Assembly: GCA_965200875.1 (NCBI GenBank)
Contig: OZ241456.1
Span: forward strand, 1,561,774-1,625,773
Length of the DNA: 64,000 nucleotides
Direction: 5' to 3'
Source: Bdellovibrionales bacterium
GTDB lineage: Bacteria; Bdellovibrionota; Bdellovibrionia; Bdellovibrionales; UBA1609
The notes beneath the pieces are model-generated. The model made no database searches. It was given only the letters and a program-made list of their open reading frames with translations, and was not told where the DNA came from. Both the position numbers and the translations under genes were made by a program. The first letter of the stretch is position 1. Each line of letters starts with the position of its first letter. Positions 28,673-38,514 of this stretch are shown piece after piece.

Positions 28673-31453
28673 CTAAGCTGATTTTTTGACTTTTAAAAGC
28701 TTGTTTATAATTTCATGAACTTCTTGGCCTGTTTCATCCTGAGAAACAAAAAAACGCCAAATTCCATTTTCTTTATCTTGGTTAACAGCTTTTATCCAAA
28801 GGTCCATGTAATCCCATTTGGATTCATCCTTTGAGTTTTTCTTTCCTTTGACCTCCAGAACCATAAAGCTTTTATCCGAAAGCCTGATGATAAAATCAGG
28901 GGTATAGTTGTGTAAAACTCCATTATGAATATAATTTATTTCAAAACCCAAGTGATCATTTTTCACCCATGCTTCAACATGGGGGTTTTCGTCCAAGGCT
29001 TTTGCGTGGGCAAGCTCCCAAGTGCTATCCACAACAGTGCGATTGATATGTGTCTTCTTGAAAATTCCTGTTCTTTTTCCAGTGCGCCAATTTAAAGACT
29101 CTTTTGTTGAGCGGTATTTTGGATTTCTGTAAATGACAAAAAACTCTTTTTGATTTTGATGAGTAATGGCAGAAAGAACTTTTCTTACAATTTGCTCCAT
29201 ACCCATCATAACAGCAATTTTTCTTTTTGTTTTGTCTGCTTGAAAAGATTTTGGTTCTATTTGAAACTTATCAGAGTTTAAAAAGTCTTCTATAATTTTA
29301 AGCAACTGCGAAAGCGCAAAGTCCCGGTTCACTTTCTTTTTCCATTCCAAGTTTATCTGATCATAAATATTGAGGGCAGTGGTGAAAAAAAGTGTCTGTA
29401 TGCGAGTGTCCTGTTCTTTAAGAAGTTTCTCCATATCTATTGGTTTGATTTTTTCATAATCCGGTTCGCCATTTATTTCCGGAGCCATATCAACAAGCTT
29501 TCTGATTTCACTGATTTTTAAAGGCTTCACTTTAGTGAAATCAACTTTTAAAACAGGATTCAGCTCAAGATCAATCCTCTCCACATCTGGATAGGTGATT
29601 TTATATTTTTCTTTTTCAGGATCTGGAAAAATCGGCCACTTAGGCGAAACAGGCCGGGGATTACCTCCCTCTGCTTCTTCCTGAGGGATAAAAGAAAAAG
29701 GAATACCAAAAATATTCACATACTCCGGATCAAAAAATCCTTTATCGTTTAACTCATAAGAGGTTCGTCTTAAACCTCTCCCTACAATTTGTTCACATAA
29801 AAGCTGACTGGAAAAAGCTCTCAAACCCATAATATGGGTTACAGTTTGGCAATTCCAACCCTCAGTGAGCATAGCGACAGAAATAATATGTCTCAGCTGT
29901 TCCCCAGGTTTACCGATTTGTCCGGCGGTGTTCACCTTATCCCTTAACTCGGTCTCTTCTGCAAGCTTTGCTTTGTTCTGGCCTTTTCTGTTAGGAAAAT
30001 CTAAATCCGAATAAATAAGGGCAGTTTTGTCCTCTTTGCAAAGTTCAGGAATGGTCATTCTTTTTTTATCAAACATATACTTGATTCTATCCGCTGTTTC
30101 TTTTCTGTTTGTTACAGAGATCATAACCGGCGGAACTTGCATTTTGTTTGTCTGCCAATGTTTTAGGGTTTTGCTATAGTCATGGCCTAAAAGTAAATAA
30201 CCATTTCTTACCAACGAGGGAAGCATCTCCTCTGGTTTGGCTTTTCTGTTTAAATTGTCTTTCACATTTTCATTATCGTAAATGTGATACAGTTTTGATT
30301 TTAAATTTTTTGGATCTACTGGGCCATCATCCCTTACGACAAAGCGCGGAGTTTTTGTCAAGCCGGATTCCACGGCAGACATTAAACCAAAGTCACTTAC
30401 AATCCAATCAAACAAATCCTCTTTGTAAGAGGTCACGGCTTTTGTACCAGAGGGAGCAAAGGGGGTTGCTGAAAAGTCGAAACAACTTAAAATCCCCTTA
30501 TGTTTATGGATCCTGTCCAACCCTTTGATCCAACAAGTGGCCCTTTCTTTTTCTTTTGGATCAACCCCTGTCTGTTTTTCCTCACTTCTATGTCTCCAAG
30601 CATGATGAGCTTCATCGTTGATAACCAAAATTTTTCCGCCGGCTTTGGCTATATCTCCAAGAACATCCCTGAGATAGGCTTTCCCACTTTTAACACCTCT
30701 TTTATCGACGCTTTTTCTTTTTTGTAAGCTCTCCTCTGTATCCCACATAAGGGTATGCCAATTTTCGATATGAACCTTCCCCTGTCTCAGAAAGGGTAGC
30801 AAGTCATAAGGAACAATTTTTTTCTCTTCATAGTAATTTTCCGGTTTGTTAAAATCCAGCACAGAAAGACGGCTTTTGACTGTCAAGTTAGGGGCCACAA
30901 TAAACACATATTTTGAAAACCTTGGATCCTGTGGATAAGCTCTCTTGTTTAAAATTTGCCAAGCGATGGTCATGGCCATAACATAAGTTTTTCCTGTGCC
31001 AGTGGCCATTTTTACGCAAAGTCTTTCAAACTCTCCACCATCCTTTGGAATTTCAATCCCCACCTTCTCTTCAGCATGAGCTTCTTTTAACCAGATAAGA
31101 GTCTCCACAGCTTCTTTTTGGCAAAAGAAAAACTCATAACCCCGCCCGTTAGCTCCTTTTTTATTCCAAAACTCCAACAGTCTTTTGGTAATGCTTGTGA
31201 CTCCAGAGTATCCGGCTTCTCTCCATTTTTTCACCCTTGGGCGAATTTTATTCACTAAAGGCAGAGCAATAAAATCCCCTACTGACTGATATTTTTTGTC
31301 GGATGAAGCAATCACATAGCCCGCAGGTCGCCTGCCCTCTTTTATAAAATGCTTACCCCTTGTTCGCTCAAAATCCCAATGTTGTTTTGGCTCTTCAAAC
31401 GGAGAGTTGATAATCAGCTGATCAATTTTTTCTTTAAACTCTGGTCTACTCAT
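28673..31453 (-). CDS. res: Type III restriction enzyme, Res subunit (SF2 helicase plus C-terminal PD-(D/E)XK nuclease)
   Basis: Walker A MATGTGKT, DEAH box VINDEAHH, helicase motif VI QIVGRGLRR, and C-terminal YTPDFIIRL...LEVKGKK. Confidence 0.85.
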   Translation of the reverse strand: MSRPEFKEKIDQLIINSPFEEPKQHWDFERTRGKHFIKEGRRPAGYVIASSDKKYQSVGDFIALPLVNKIRPRVKKWREAGYSGVTSITKRLLEFWNKKGANGRGYEFFFCQKEAVETLIWLKEAHAEEKVGIEIPKDGGEFERLCVKMATGTGKTYVMAMTIAWQILNKRAYPQDPRFSKYVFIVAPNLTVKSRLSVLDFNKPENYYEEKKIVPYDLLPFLRQGKVHIENWHTLMWDTEESLQKRKSVDKRGVKSGKAYLRDVLGDIAKAGGKILVINDEAHHAWRHRSEEKQTGVDPKEKERATCWIKGLDRIHKHKGILSCFDFSATPFAPSGTKAVTSYKEDLFDWIVSDFGLMSAVESGLTKTPRFVVRDDGPVDPKNLKSKLYHIYDNENVKDNLNRKAKPEEMLPSLVRNGYLLLGHDYSKTLKHWQTNKMQVPPVMISVTNRKETADRIKYMFDKKRMTIPELCKEDKTALIYSDLDFPNRKGQNKAKLAEETELRDKVNTAGQIGKPGEQLRHIISVAMLTEGWNCQTVTHIMGLRAFSSQLLCEQIVGRGLRRTSYELNDKGFFDPEYVNIFGIPFSFIPQEEAEGGNPRPVSPKWPIFPDPEKEKYKITYPDVERIDLELNPVLKVDFTKVKPLKISEIRKLVDMAPEINGEPDYEKIKPIDMEKLLKEQDTRIQTLFFTTALNIYDQINLEWKKKVNRDFALSQLLKIIEDFLNSDKFQIEPKSFQADKTKRKIAVMMGMEQIVRKVLSAITHQNQKEFFVIYRNPKYRSTKESLNWRTGKRTGIFKKTHINRTVVDSTWELAHAKALDENPHVEAWVKNDHLGFEINYIHNGVLHNYTPDFIIRLSDKSFMVLEVKGKKNSKDESKWDYMDLWIKAVNQDKENGIWRFFVSQDETGQEVHEIINKLLKVKKSA

Positions 31454-31463
31454 TTTTTGTCCC

Positions 31464-31892
31464 TTATACCGAAGACTTTTTTAAAGAGGTTTTTGTTTGC
31501 TCTTTGCTCCAATAATCCATACTGCAAACTTTTTGCACACAACCTGCAAACTGAAGAACACCCTCATAAATTTTATCAATCGGTGTATCCAAATAAAGAT
31601 TTCCATCGTCTTCTTGAATACCATTGTTTAGCAATATACTGTTAAAGACTTTTTGCTTTGAAGAAGTATTGATCTCATAATTATAGGATAGACGCTGAAG
31701 AGCCATACCAAAATCACATATCCGAACATAATTTGCTCCTTTAGGACTTTCTTGAAAATAAATATCCACCATATCCCCATCCTCATGCAGAATAGGAGCT
31801 GTTAGTTGGTACTTGCCTGGCCTTCTCTCATAAACATGGAAGCTTGATCTTGTTTTGTTTAAAAGTTTAAGTATTTTTTCAGTATTCATCAT
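31464..31892 (-). CDS. 142-aa protein of unknown function (DUF1828-like by recollection) embedded between mod and res
   Basis: Same strand, 10 nt upstream of the res start and 64 nt downstream of the mod stop. Clean ORF with an ATG start. Confidence 0.55.
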   Translation of the reverse strand: MMNTEKILKLLNKTRSSFHVYERRPGKYQLTAPILHEDGDMVDIYFQESPKGANYVRICDFGMALQRLSYNYEINTSSKQKVFNSILLNNGIQEDDGNLYLDTPIDKIYEGVLQFAGCVQKVCSMDYWSKEQTKTSLKKSSV

Positions 31893-31956
31893 TTAAAAAA
31901 ACCTCATTTGTTCCAGTTCAGGAAAATAATCTTGCCAGTTTAACAACACTTTTGCA

Positions 31957-34620
31957 TTAAGAAACATTACTCTGTTTCTTAGACCCTTTAATTTTTTGGT
32001 TTGGAAAGTCCAAAATTTTTAAGGATTCGATACCTCGGTCATCAATAATTTTAACAGCGATTTTTTTATTTTTACCTTTTTTGAAAGGGAGGGAGACTGT
32101 CCCTCTGTATTTTTCTATAAGGCTTTGGTCTATTTCTGATTTCAAGCTTTTAGCGAGCTTTGCAAAGCCACCTTTTTTGCTCTCCATAGGGAAAAACACC
32201 TGCCTTGGAAATAAAGCCTCTCCGTCATAATCCGTATCCAAAACCCACATCGCGATTTTGTTTTTCCCACCGGATTCAATTTGATTGGTAGCGGGATTAT
32301 AGTAATCAAAGCCCTGCACTTCCACAATATACTCATCTTTTTTAGAGTTGTTTTTTACTTCCACATCGGGAGAACCTACAAGCCAAAAACTTTCTTTGGA
32401 TGATGATTTTTTCTTCAAATCAGAAGTTTGCAAATCCATATTCATTTCAATTTTAATAGCTTTTGTTCTGCCTGATTTATAGCCATCGATAAGACGACTT
32501 GCCTCCGGATCAAAACGAAAAGAGGCAAAAACAAGAATATCCGGTTTTTCTTTTTTTACTTCCATTTCCTTTAAAGCTTGTTCCACCTGTCTTTTATCCA
32601 TAGGAGCATGTTCCGGGCCAAAGGAGATCACAACCGATCTTGGGTTTTTAGTCATCCCTTCTGCATGCAAAAACTTAAATCCGGGAAGCCTTTCCAATTG
32701 AGAGAAATCCATATCTGTTGCAATCCCATTTTTACATTTAATACCGGATCTTCTCACTTCATCCAGCCATTCATATTTAAAACTGATTTTTTTGCTTTGC
32801 CCCAAGCTTTGAACTGTTGGAGAGGGGACAGCCTCCACTGTAAAAGGGCCTGTCACACGGGCTTTTGTCTTGTCCTTCAAGGGCTTATCATACAAAACTT
32901 CCTCTTTAGCTGGTTCATTATTGGCAATAGAGCCTAAGGTGATATGAGGGACTGTTTTATATTGAAATCCTGAGCTTACTCCTTCGGTTTTATTTTTTAG
33001 TTTATAGTAGTCAAAGTGAGCTGTCATTAGCCTTTGCTTGGCAAGAGTTATGGCCACACGGGAGGTATCACAAGTGATCCACCGCCGGCCCCATTTTTCT
33101 GCCACATAAGCTGTCGTACCGCTCCCGCAAGTGGGATCTAAAACCAAGTCCCCCGGGTCTGTCGTCATAAGAAGGCAACGCTCAATAACTCTTGTAGATG
33201 TTTGTACAATATAGCTTTTATCTAATTCTGTAAAAGTATCAATCCAATTGTTATTAATAGCTTGAACAGGCAAATCATCAAAATATTGAATATAATTTAA
33301 CCAATTTTTTGTTCCATATAATCTTTTTTCTTTAGCTAATTTTTTCATTCCGTTAAAGTTGGTTTTCCATGAATATCCTTTAGAGGATGAATAATTTTTT
33401 CCTTTATATTTAAAATCGAAAGTGCAGCTTGGAGTGTATCCAGAAGAAAAGAGATTTGAAAGACGAAAGAGTTTAGCATTACTTGGAACTAAGGATAGGT
33501 CTTTTTTTTCATCTTTAGTTAGACTCCTTCTCTCTCCATGTGGAAACTCTACTTTTGTAAATGGTGTATCTTTTCCTTTATTTTTTTCAGTAAATAGCCT
33601 TTGAAATTTAATATTTTCAATATTTTTTGTGTACCATATTATGTAATCCGATATTTCTGGAATCAATTTTATTCCAAGAGGACTATTTGTTCTAAATGAT
33701 ATTTGTCGAACAAAATTCTCTCTTCCAAAAATCTCATCCATAAGGTTTCGGACCAGATGGACATTTTCATCAGAGATTTGCACAAAGCAGGAACCACTTT
33801 CAGTTAAAAGTTCTCTTGTGAACAAAAGTCTATCCCTTAAATAGGACAAATAGGAATGGATGCCAAGCTCCCAAGTATCTCTAAAAGCCTTAAGCATTTC
33901 AGGTTCCGCTGTCAGATCCTCATCCTTTTTGTCTTTGACATCCCTTTTATTGGTAAAGGGCTGAAAGTTAGAACCATATTTAATCCCGTAAGGGGGATCA
34001 ATATAGACACATTGGATTTGCCCTCCCATGCCTTCTTTTTCAAGTAAAGAGTTCATCACCAGAAGGGAGTCACCGGCAATTAGACGGTTTTTCCAAAGCT
34101 TTTCATGCCGATAAAAGTCGATGGCGGAAGAGTCAGGCAGTTTCCCCTCTTTTTTAAAAAGAGATAGCTGCTCATAGTTAGCCGTGTTGGTTTTTCTCAC
34201 TTGCTCTATCACAGCCCTTGGGTCAATTCTTTCATGAGTGTGGAGTGAAATGGTGGGAACCTCAAAAGAGGCTCGCTCCTTCTTACCTGCCCAGTTTAGG
34301 TAAGGCTCAGATAAGTTTTTCAGTTTAGTAAGTGCCTCTTTGGCCTTTGTATAGGCTGTTTTATAGGATTCTTCAGAGGCTTCTTTATCGGCTGATTCAG
34401 GAGATCCTGAAAGACCATTTTCGATAATTTTTTCGATCTTTTCTCTTTTGGAATCAAAGCACAATTCAGGGGAAATATGAGGATCAAAAGCATATTCTTT
34501 TTTCTCCTCCTTAAGTGGTTCTGTTTTACTATTAACCAAGCCAACAGAAGGATTGTTTTTCCGCTTTTTCTTCTTATGCTTAAACTGTGTAATATCCAAT
34601 TTTCGAGCTGGTTTTCCCAT
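31957..34620 (-). CDS. mod: Type III DNA methyltransferase, Mod subunit (beta-class N6-adenine/N4 family) with a long C-terminal extension
   Basis: Motif IV VYIDPPYG precedes motif I DPTCGSGTTAYVA (beta permutation). Adjacent to res. Confidence 0.85.
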   Translation of the reverse strand: MGKPARKLDITQFKHKKKKRKNNPSVGLVNSKTEPLKEEKKEYAFDPHISPELCFDSKREKIEKIIENGLSGSPESADKEASEESYKTAYTKAKEALTKLKNLSEPYLNWAGKKERASFEVPTISLHTHERIDPRAVIEQVRKTNTANYEQLSLFKKEGKLPDSSAIDFYRHEKLWKNRLIAGDSLLVMNSLLEKEGMGGQIQCVYIDPPYGIKYGSNFQPFTNKRDVKDKKDEDLTAEPEMLKAFRDTWELGIHSYLSYLRDRLLFTRELLTESGSCFVQISDENVHLVRNLMDEIFGRENFVRQISFRTNSPLGIKLIPEISDYIIWYTKNIENIKFQRLFTEKNKGKDTPFTKVEFPHGERRSLTKDEKKDLSLVPSNAKLFRLSNLFSSGYTPSCTFDFKYKGKNYSSSKGYSWKTNFNGMKKLAKEKRLYGTKNWLNYIQYFDDLPVQAINNNWIDTFTELDKSYIVQTSTRVIERCLLMTTDPGDLVLDPTCGSGTTAYVAEKWGRRWITCDTSRVAITLAKQRLMTAHFDYYKLKNKTEGVSSGFQYKTVPHITLGSIANNEPAKEEVLYDKPLKDKTKARVTGPFTVEAVPSPTVQSLGQSKKISFKYEWLDEVRRSGIKCKNGIATDMDFSQLERLPGFKFLHAEGMTKNPRSVVISFGPEHAPMDKRQVEQALKEMEVKKEKPDILVFASFRFDPEASRLIDGYKSGRTKAIKIEMNMDLQTSDLKKKSSSKESFWLVGSPDVEVKNNSKKDEYIVEVQGFDYYNPATNQIESGGKNKIAMWVLDTDYDGEALFPRQVFFPMESKKGGFAKLAKSLKSEIDQSLIEKYRGTVSLPFKKGKNKKIAVKIIDDRGIESLKILDFPNQKIKGSKKQSNVS

Positions 34621-34667
34621 AACTTCCCCTTCCTTAGGACTTCATATTTAGCCAACACATTACTTTA

Positions 34668-34802
34668 TGTCTGCCGTGAAAAATCTCCAATGTTTTAATT
34701 ATCAACACTTTTTTTCATGTACTTTCCCAAGGAAACTGAAAGCCAAGTTGTTGGCTTTCAGTCCCGTGAAAACGGGAATCCAGGAAAATCACATACTTTT
34801 TC
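34668..34802. repeat. Family-A repeat, full-length diverged copy
   Basis: GCCGTGAAAAA ... both hairpins ... CTTTTTCAC. First of two tandemly arranged copies between the Type III R-M system and the next module. Confidence 0.9.
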
Positions 34803-34915
34803 ACTTGCGACTTTCTTATTCAAAACCCACAAATTAGCGTTTCGGAAAAGACAAAACAGGTCTTAAGAAAAACAAAAAAACCGGACTTTTGGTTCAGAAA
34901 AAACCTGAATAAATA

Positions 34916-35055
34916 GTCCGCCGTGAAAAACCCATAGTGCTTTAATTATCACACTCTTTTTTCAGGTACTTTCCCAAGGAAACTGAAAGCCAAGTTGTTG
35001 GCTTTCAGTCCCGTGAAAACGGGAATCCAGGAAAATCACATACTTTTTCACGGAC
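34916..35055. repeat. Family-A repeat, 140-bp reference copy
   Basis: Imperfect TIRs GTCCGCCGTGAAAAAC / CTTTTTCACGGAC. Internal hairpins ACTGAAAGCCAA-GTTG-TTGGCTTTCAGT and CCCGT-GAAA-ACGGG. Confidence 0.9.
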
Positions 35056-35242
35056 CAATAAATAATAAAGCATTATATTCGTGAAAATTCGGATTTCGAA
35101 TTTTTACTCCTTCAAAACCATTTAAATAGCCAATTTTAAATGATCCCAATTTTGCTTATGAAAGAAATAAAACAATCAATAATTTTTAAAAGGGAGTATA
35201 TTATGCAAAAAACAAAGAAAAAAATAGAACAAGCGATATATT

Positions 35243-37657
35243 TTATTGCCAATTATACGACAGATGACCACTTTTTGTTTGTATCCTGTCATTTGATGCA
35301 TCTTTTGCAGATAATTTTTCTCCTGTTTTTGAGCAAATAAAATATTTTTCAAAATTTTCTATATCGTGAAAACAGGCTTTCATATCAGCAAGATTTTCGT
35401 TATATAAATTATCATGGGAAGCTTCATTTCCAAAAAATTGTGTACTTCTTAGATTTTCAATAGCTTGAATGACATTGGAGTCCATCTTTTTCTTTTTTAC
35501 TCTTGCTAACAAAGAGCTTAACAACTCTTCTAAAGTTCTTTTTTCATTAGTTGCACCTGACTTAAATTTCATTTCGGCCCCTAGATTTTCACAAATTTGT
35601 TTTAAAAGGTTTTCTACATATTTGCGCAGTTTATTTCCAAGAACATCTACATTTGATTCTTCAATCTGTTTTCTAATACTCTCTTTTAAATGTAATATTG
35701 GTTCATCCATGAAAGAACCAATATCATTATTCCACTTTATTTGCTTAATTAACCAACTTTTTGGCTTAACCAGAGAGGATAAATATTTAAACCACTCGTC
35801 TTCATGGGTTAAAACAAGAATTTGCCACTCAGAAAACTTGTTTACAAGAAGTTGACCGAATTGTTGCCTGTGATTTTTATCAAAACTGGATATAATATCA
35901 TCAAGTATAAAAAAATTATTTTTCTTGTTAAAAATTTTTACAGAAGACAGAAACAAACATAATCCCAGACAATTTATATAAGATTCACTCATAAGCATTT
36001 TTGGACTCTCCAAAGCAGTATTCCTAAAGTTTAAATGATATGATATTCCCACAAAGTCATCTTCATTATCCAATATAGGTTTTAATTTTATATCTTTGAT
36101 ATTGTCTGTAGGATTCATAAAAACGAATAACTGATTCATTTCAGTAGAAGTAGAGTCTAAAAACAACTCCATTTCATTTTTTTGGCAATCTGAAAAAGAC
36201 TTATATATTTCACTTACAGTTTTTATCTGAGAGCGAATTACTGTTTCCTCATTTTTTAACTTCTGAATATCCTGAAAACACGCTTTTGCCAAGTTGATTT
36301 TTTTTGCCATGTCAATTTTGGAAATACCTGATTCCTTTATAGAGTTTTTAAATAAATCAAGCGGACTTTTTATTTTATCAAAAGAAAAATCTTTTGCCTT
36401 ACAAATATATTCATCATAGTAATCTATCCTGTCAAAATTCAGCTCTCTTGAAAAAACTTTATACAACTCTCTGAAGCTTTTTAGTGAGTGTTCCAAGTAC
36501 TCTTTGGTGCTACTAAAATCAGAAGTACCCATACAACTTAATTCTCCAACTCTTTTTAGCATTTCACCTGTTTCTCTGATACCTTCTTCTATGTTGTTCT
36601 TATTTTGTTTTAAAACTTCTATTTCATCCTCTAAAGTTTGTAATACATCCAATCTTTCTTTTATCGAATTTAAAAGCTCTTCTGCTGGTATATCCTGCAA
36701 ACATAAAGGACATTTGTCCTTTTCATCTAGGATTTTTGTTTTAATAATATGCTCTGCATTTTTAAGAAGAGGTTTTATTTTAATGCCTTTTAGTTTTTGT
36801 TTATCTTCAAAAATTTTCTTAAAGGAGTTTTGGAAAATACTTAAGTGTTCAAGGAGCTGATTAAAGACAGACTCTTTTGCTTTAATGTTTGATAGCTCTT
36901 TTGTTATATCAGTTTTTAGCTGTAATTTTGGATCAGGTTTTTCTTTTGCAAGTTCTTTTTCCAATTTTTTAAAAGATTCCCAGGAATTGATATCAAATCC
37001 AAGATTTAATTCTTTAATCATAGAGTGAATTGTTGAAAAAAATTGCTCCTCTGTATTTATGTTTGTATTTATAACTTTCAGTAAGTCTGCTTGTTTGGAT
37101 GATATTTGACTGTCAAAGCTTTTTGTTTTGAGAGTTCTCTTTAAAGAATTTACTGATTTTTTTAACACTTCTTTTGTTTTCTTCACTTCTGAGTAACCAA
37201 TTAAGTTGGATATATCTGATAGCCTTTCTGATTTTGTGGAAATAATAAATTTTGTCAACTCATCACTACGAATCATTAAGTTTTCCATCTGAGATTGATT
37301 CAAATAGTTTTTAAAAGAATCTTTATTGTTGGAATGTCTGGACACAAAGCGATTGTTTTTTGTTTCCAATGTTTTTTTTGAATTTAAGGGGGAGTTAGAA
37401 AACTCCACTTCCACCTGACAAATATCTTGGTTATTTAGCTCTTTATTGCGGATGCCGGCATTTTTAGGTATTTCTTCTCCTTTTAAGTGTGATATTTTAT
37501 CATACAAAAACCATTCAATACTGTCAGTTATAGTGCTTTTTCCTGTTCCATTATCTCCATATAACAAAAAGGATTGCTTTTTAAGAGAGATATCTAAATC
37601 TTTTTTTACCCCTCTAAAACCTTTTATTGTTATTTTTTGTATTTCATTTCTCTGCAT
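35243..37657 (-). CDS. PrrC/RloC-family (AAA_13-like) ABC ATPase with a coiled-coil CxxC zinc hook and a HEPN-like C-terminal domain; putative anticodon nuclease
   Basis: Walker A GDNGTGKST, about 400 aa of K/E/L-rich coiled-coil-like sequence containing CPLC (36710-36721), signature-like MSESYINCLGL, Walker B FFILDDIISSFD, LTHE, and a tail with LRKYVE ... LRSTQFFGNEASH. Confidence 0.6.
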   Translation of the reverse strand: MQRNEIQKITIKGFRGVKKDLDISLKKQSFLLYGDNGTGKSTITDSIEWFLYDKISHLKGEEIPKNAGIRNKELNNQDICQVEVEFSNSPLNSKKTLETKNNRFVSRHSNNKDSFKNYLNQSQMENLMIRSDELTKFIISTKSERLSDISNLIGYSEVKKTKEVLKKSVNSLKRTLKTKSFDSQISSKQADLLKVINTNINTEEQFFSTIHSMIKELNLGFDINSWESFKKLEKELAKEKPDPKLQLKTDITKELSNIKAKESVFNQLLEHLSIFQNSFKKIFEDKQKLKGIKIKPLLKNAEHIIKTKILDEKDKCPLCLQDIPAEELLNSIKERLDVLQTLEDEIEVLKQNKNNIEEGIRETGEMLKRVGELSCMGTSDFSSTKEYLEHSLKSFRELYKVFSRELNFDRIDYYDEYICKAKDFSFDKIKSPLDLFKNSIKESGISKIDMAKKINLAKACFQDIQKLKNEETVIRSQIKTVSEIYKSFSDCQKNEMELFLDSTSTEMNQLFVFMNPTDNIKDIKLKPILDNEDDFVGISYHLNFRNTALESPKMLMSESYINCLGLCLFLSSVKIFNKKNNFFILDDIISSFDKNHRQQFGQLLVNKFSEWQILVLTHEDEWFKYLSSLVKPKSWLIKQIKWNNDIGSFMDEPILHLKESIRKQIEESNVDVLGNKLRKYVENLLKQICENLGAEMKFKSGATNEKRTLEELLSSLLARVKKKKMDSNVIQAIENLRSTQFFGNEASHDNLYNENLADMKACFHDIENFEKYFICSKTGEKLSAKDASNDRIQTKSGHLSYNWQ

Positions 37658-37850
37658 TGTTTTTACTCCGTATTTCATCAAGAGCATTGGAAATATTTGT
37701 GGATGACAAATTACCCTTATTATGAAGACTTATTATAATATCAATAATTTCCGGGCAGGAGTATTGGTCTTTATCTTCATTTAATTTCTTAAAAAAAGAT
37801 TTAATCAGCTCTGCCCCAGTTTTTGGTTTTTTATTGTTTTCTTCACTCAT
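37644..37850 (-). CDS. 68-aa hypothetical protein, translationally coupled on both sides
   Basis: Its ATG at 37850 overlaps the upstream TGA (ATGAGTGA). Its stop at 37644 overlaps the ATPase ATG at 37657. No family recognised. Confidence 0.5.
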   Translation of the reverse strand: MSEENNKKPKTGAELIKSFFKKLNEDKDQYSCPEIIDIIISLHNKGNLSSTNISNALDEIRSKNNAEK

Positions 37851-38292
37851 AAAAGCTCCAATCAATATCGAAGTGATTTTCCGGCACATCAGATAAATCC
37901 GGAAAACCAGATTTGTTGTTGCAAATAGGGTAACAGCCGTATTTTTTTAAAAAATCCAAAATAAAAAAACTTTCCAAATCTTCAACAGACTTTTTCCAGA
38001 TAGAACTTAAAGAGCTGAAGTTTAAATATGTAAAATACACTTTTGATTTTTTTTGATAATTAAACAAACCTTTGTTATTTGAAGCTCCTGTTAGATGATC
38101 TTTAAACCTAGATTTTATACTGTTTGTTTTTTTTTCGCTCATGCCAATATAGATCAACCTTGAGCTTTTGAAAGGATAAGGTATTTTGTAGTCTTTACTT
38201 TTTAGAAAATAAAGCCCGATGGCTTTATCCTCAATAAGAGAAATTTCTGTATGAGTTAACTCTGTTAAAGCCGGAAAATTTATTTTATACAA
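37843..38292 (-). CDS. GIY-YIG nuclease domain protein
   Basis: GLYFL (GIY), LIYIGMSE (YIG), SRFKDH (Arg), and EDLESFFILDFLKKYGCYPICN (Glu ... Asn) in the canonical order and spacing. TTG start. Confidence 0.55.
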   Translation of the reverse strand: MYKINFPALTELTHTEISLIEDKAIGLYFLKSKDYKIPYPFKSSRLIYIGMSEKKTNSIKSRFKDHLTGASNNKGLFNYQKKSKVYFTYLNFSSLSSIWKKSVEDLESFFILDFLKKYGCYPICNNKSGFPDLSDVPENHFDIDWSFYE

Positions 38293-38310
38293 TTATAATA
38301 ATCCTTATTT

Positions 38311-38514
38311 TTATAGCTTCTTATATCTATATTTGTTTTTGATATTTGCACTAAAGTATTTGCCATGTGATTCTGCATTCATTAAGTTCGTATGTTCGTC
38401 TTTTGGCACATCAAAATATTGATAAACACTTCCATCTTTAAACTCTATTTCTAAAACTTGTTCTTCATGTCCTATTGATTCCAAGTTTGAAGATTCCACT
38501 TGTTGTCTTTGCAT
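38311..38514 (-). CDS. KTSC domain protein
   Basis: VESSNLESIGH...LEIEFKDGSVYQYFDVP...SHGKYFSANIKNKYRY matches the KTSC-domain pattern. AGGAGG RBS 7 nt before the ATG at 38514. Confidence 0.65.
   Translation of the reverse strand: MQRQQVESSNLESIGHEEQVLEIEFKDGSVYQYFDVPKDEHTNLMNAESHGKYFSANIKNKYRYKKL

Noticed and set aside
31957-34620. Phase-variable simple-sequence repeat in the Type III mod gene
   Set aside because: Only short homopolymers are present, for example a T8/A8 run near 33506-33513. There are no tetra- or pentanucleotide tracts of the kind that drive phasevarions.
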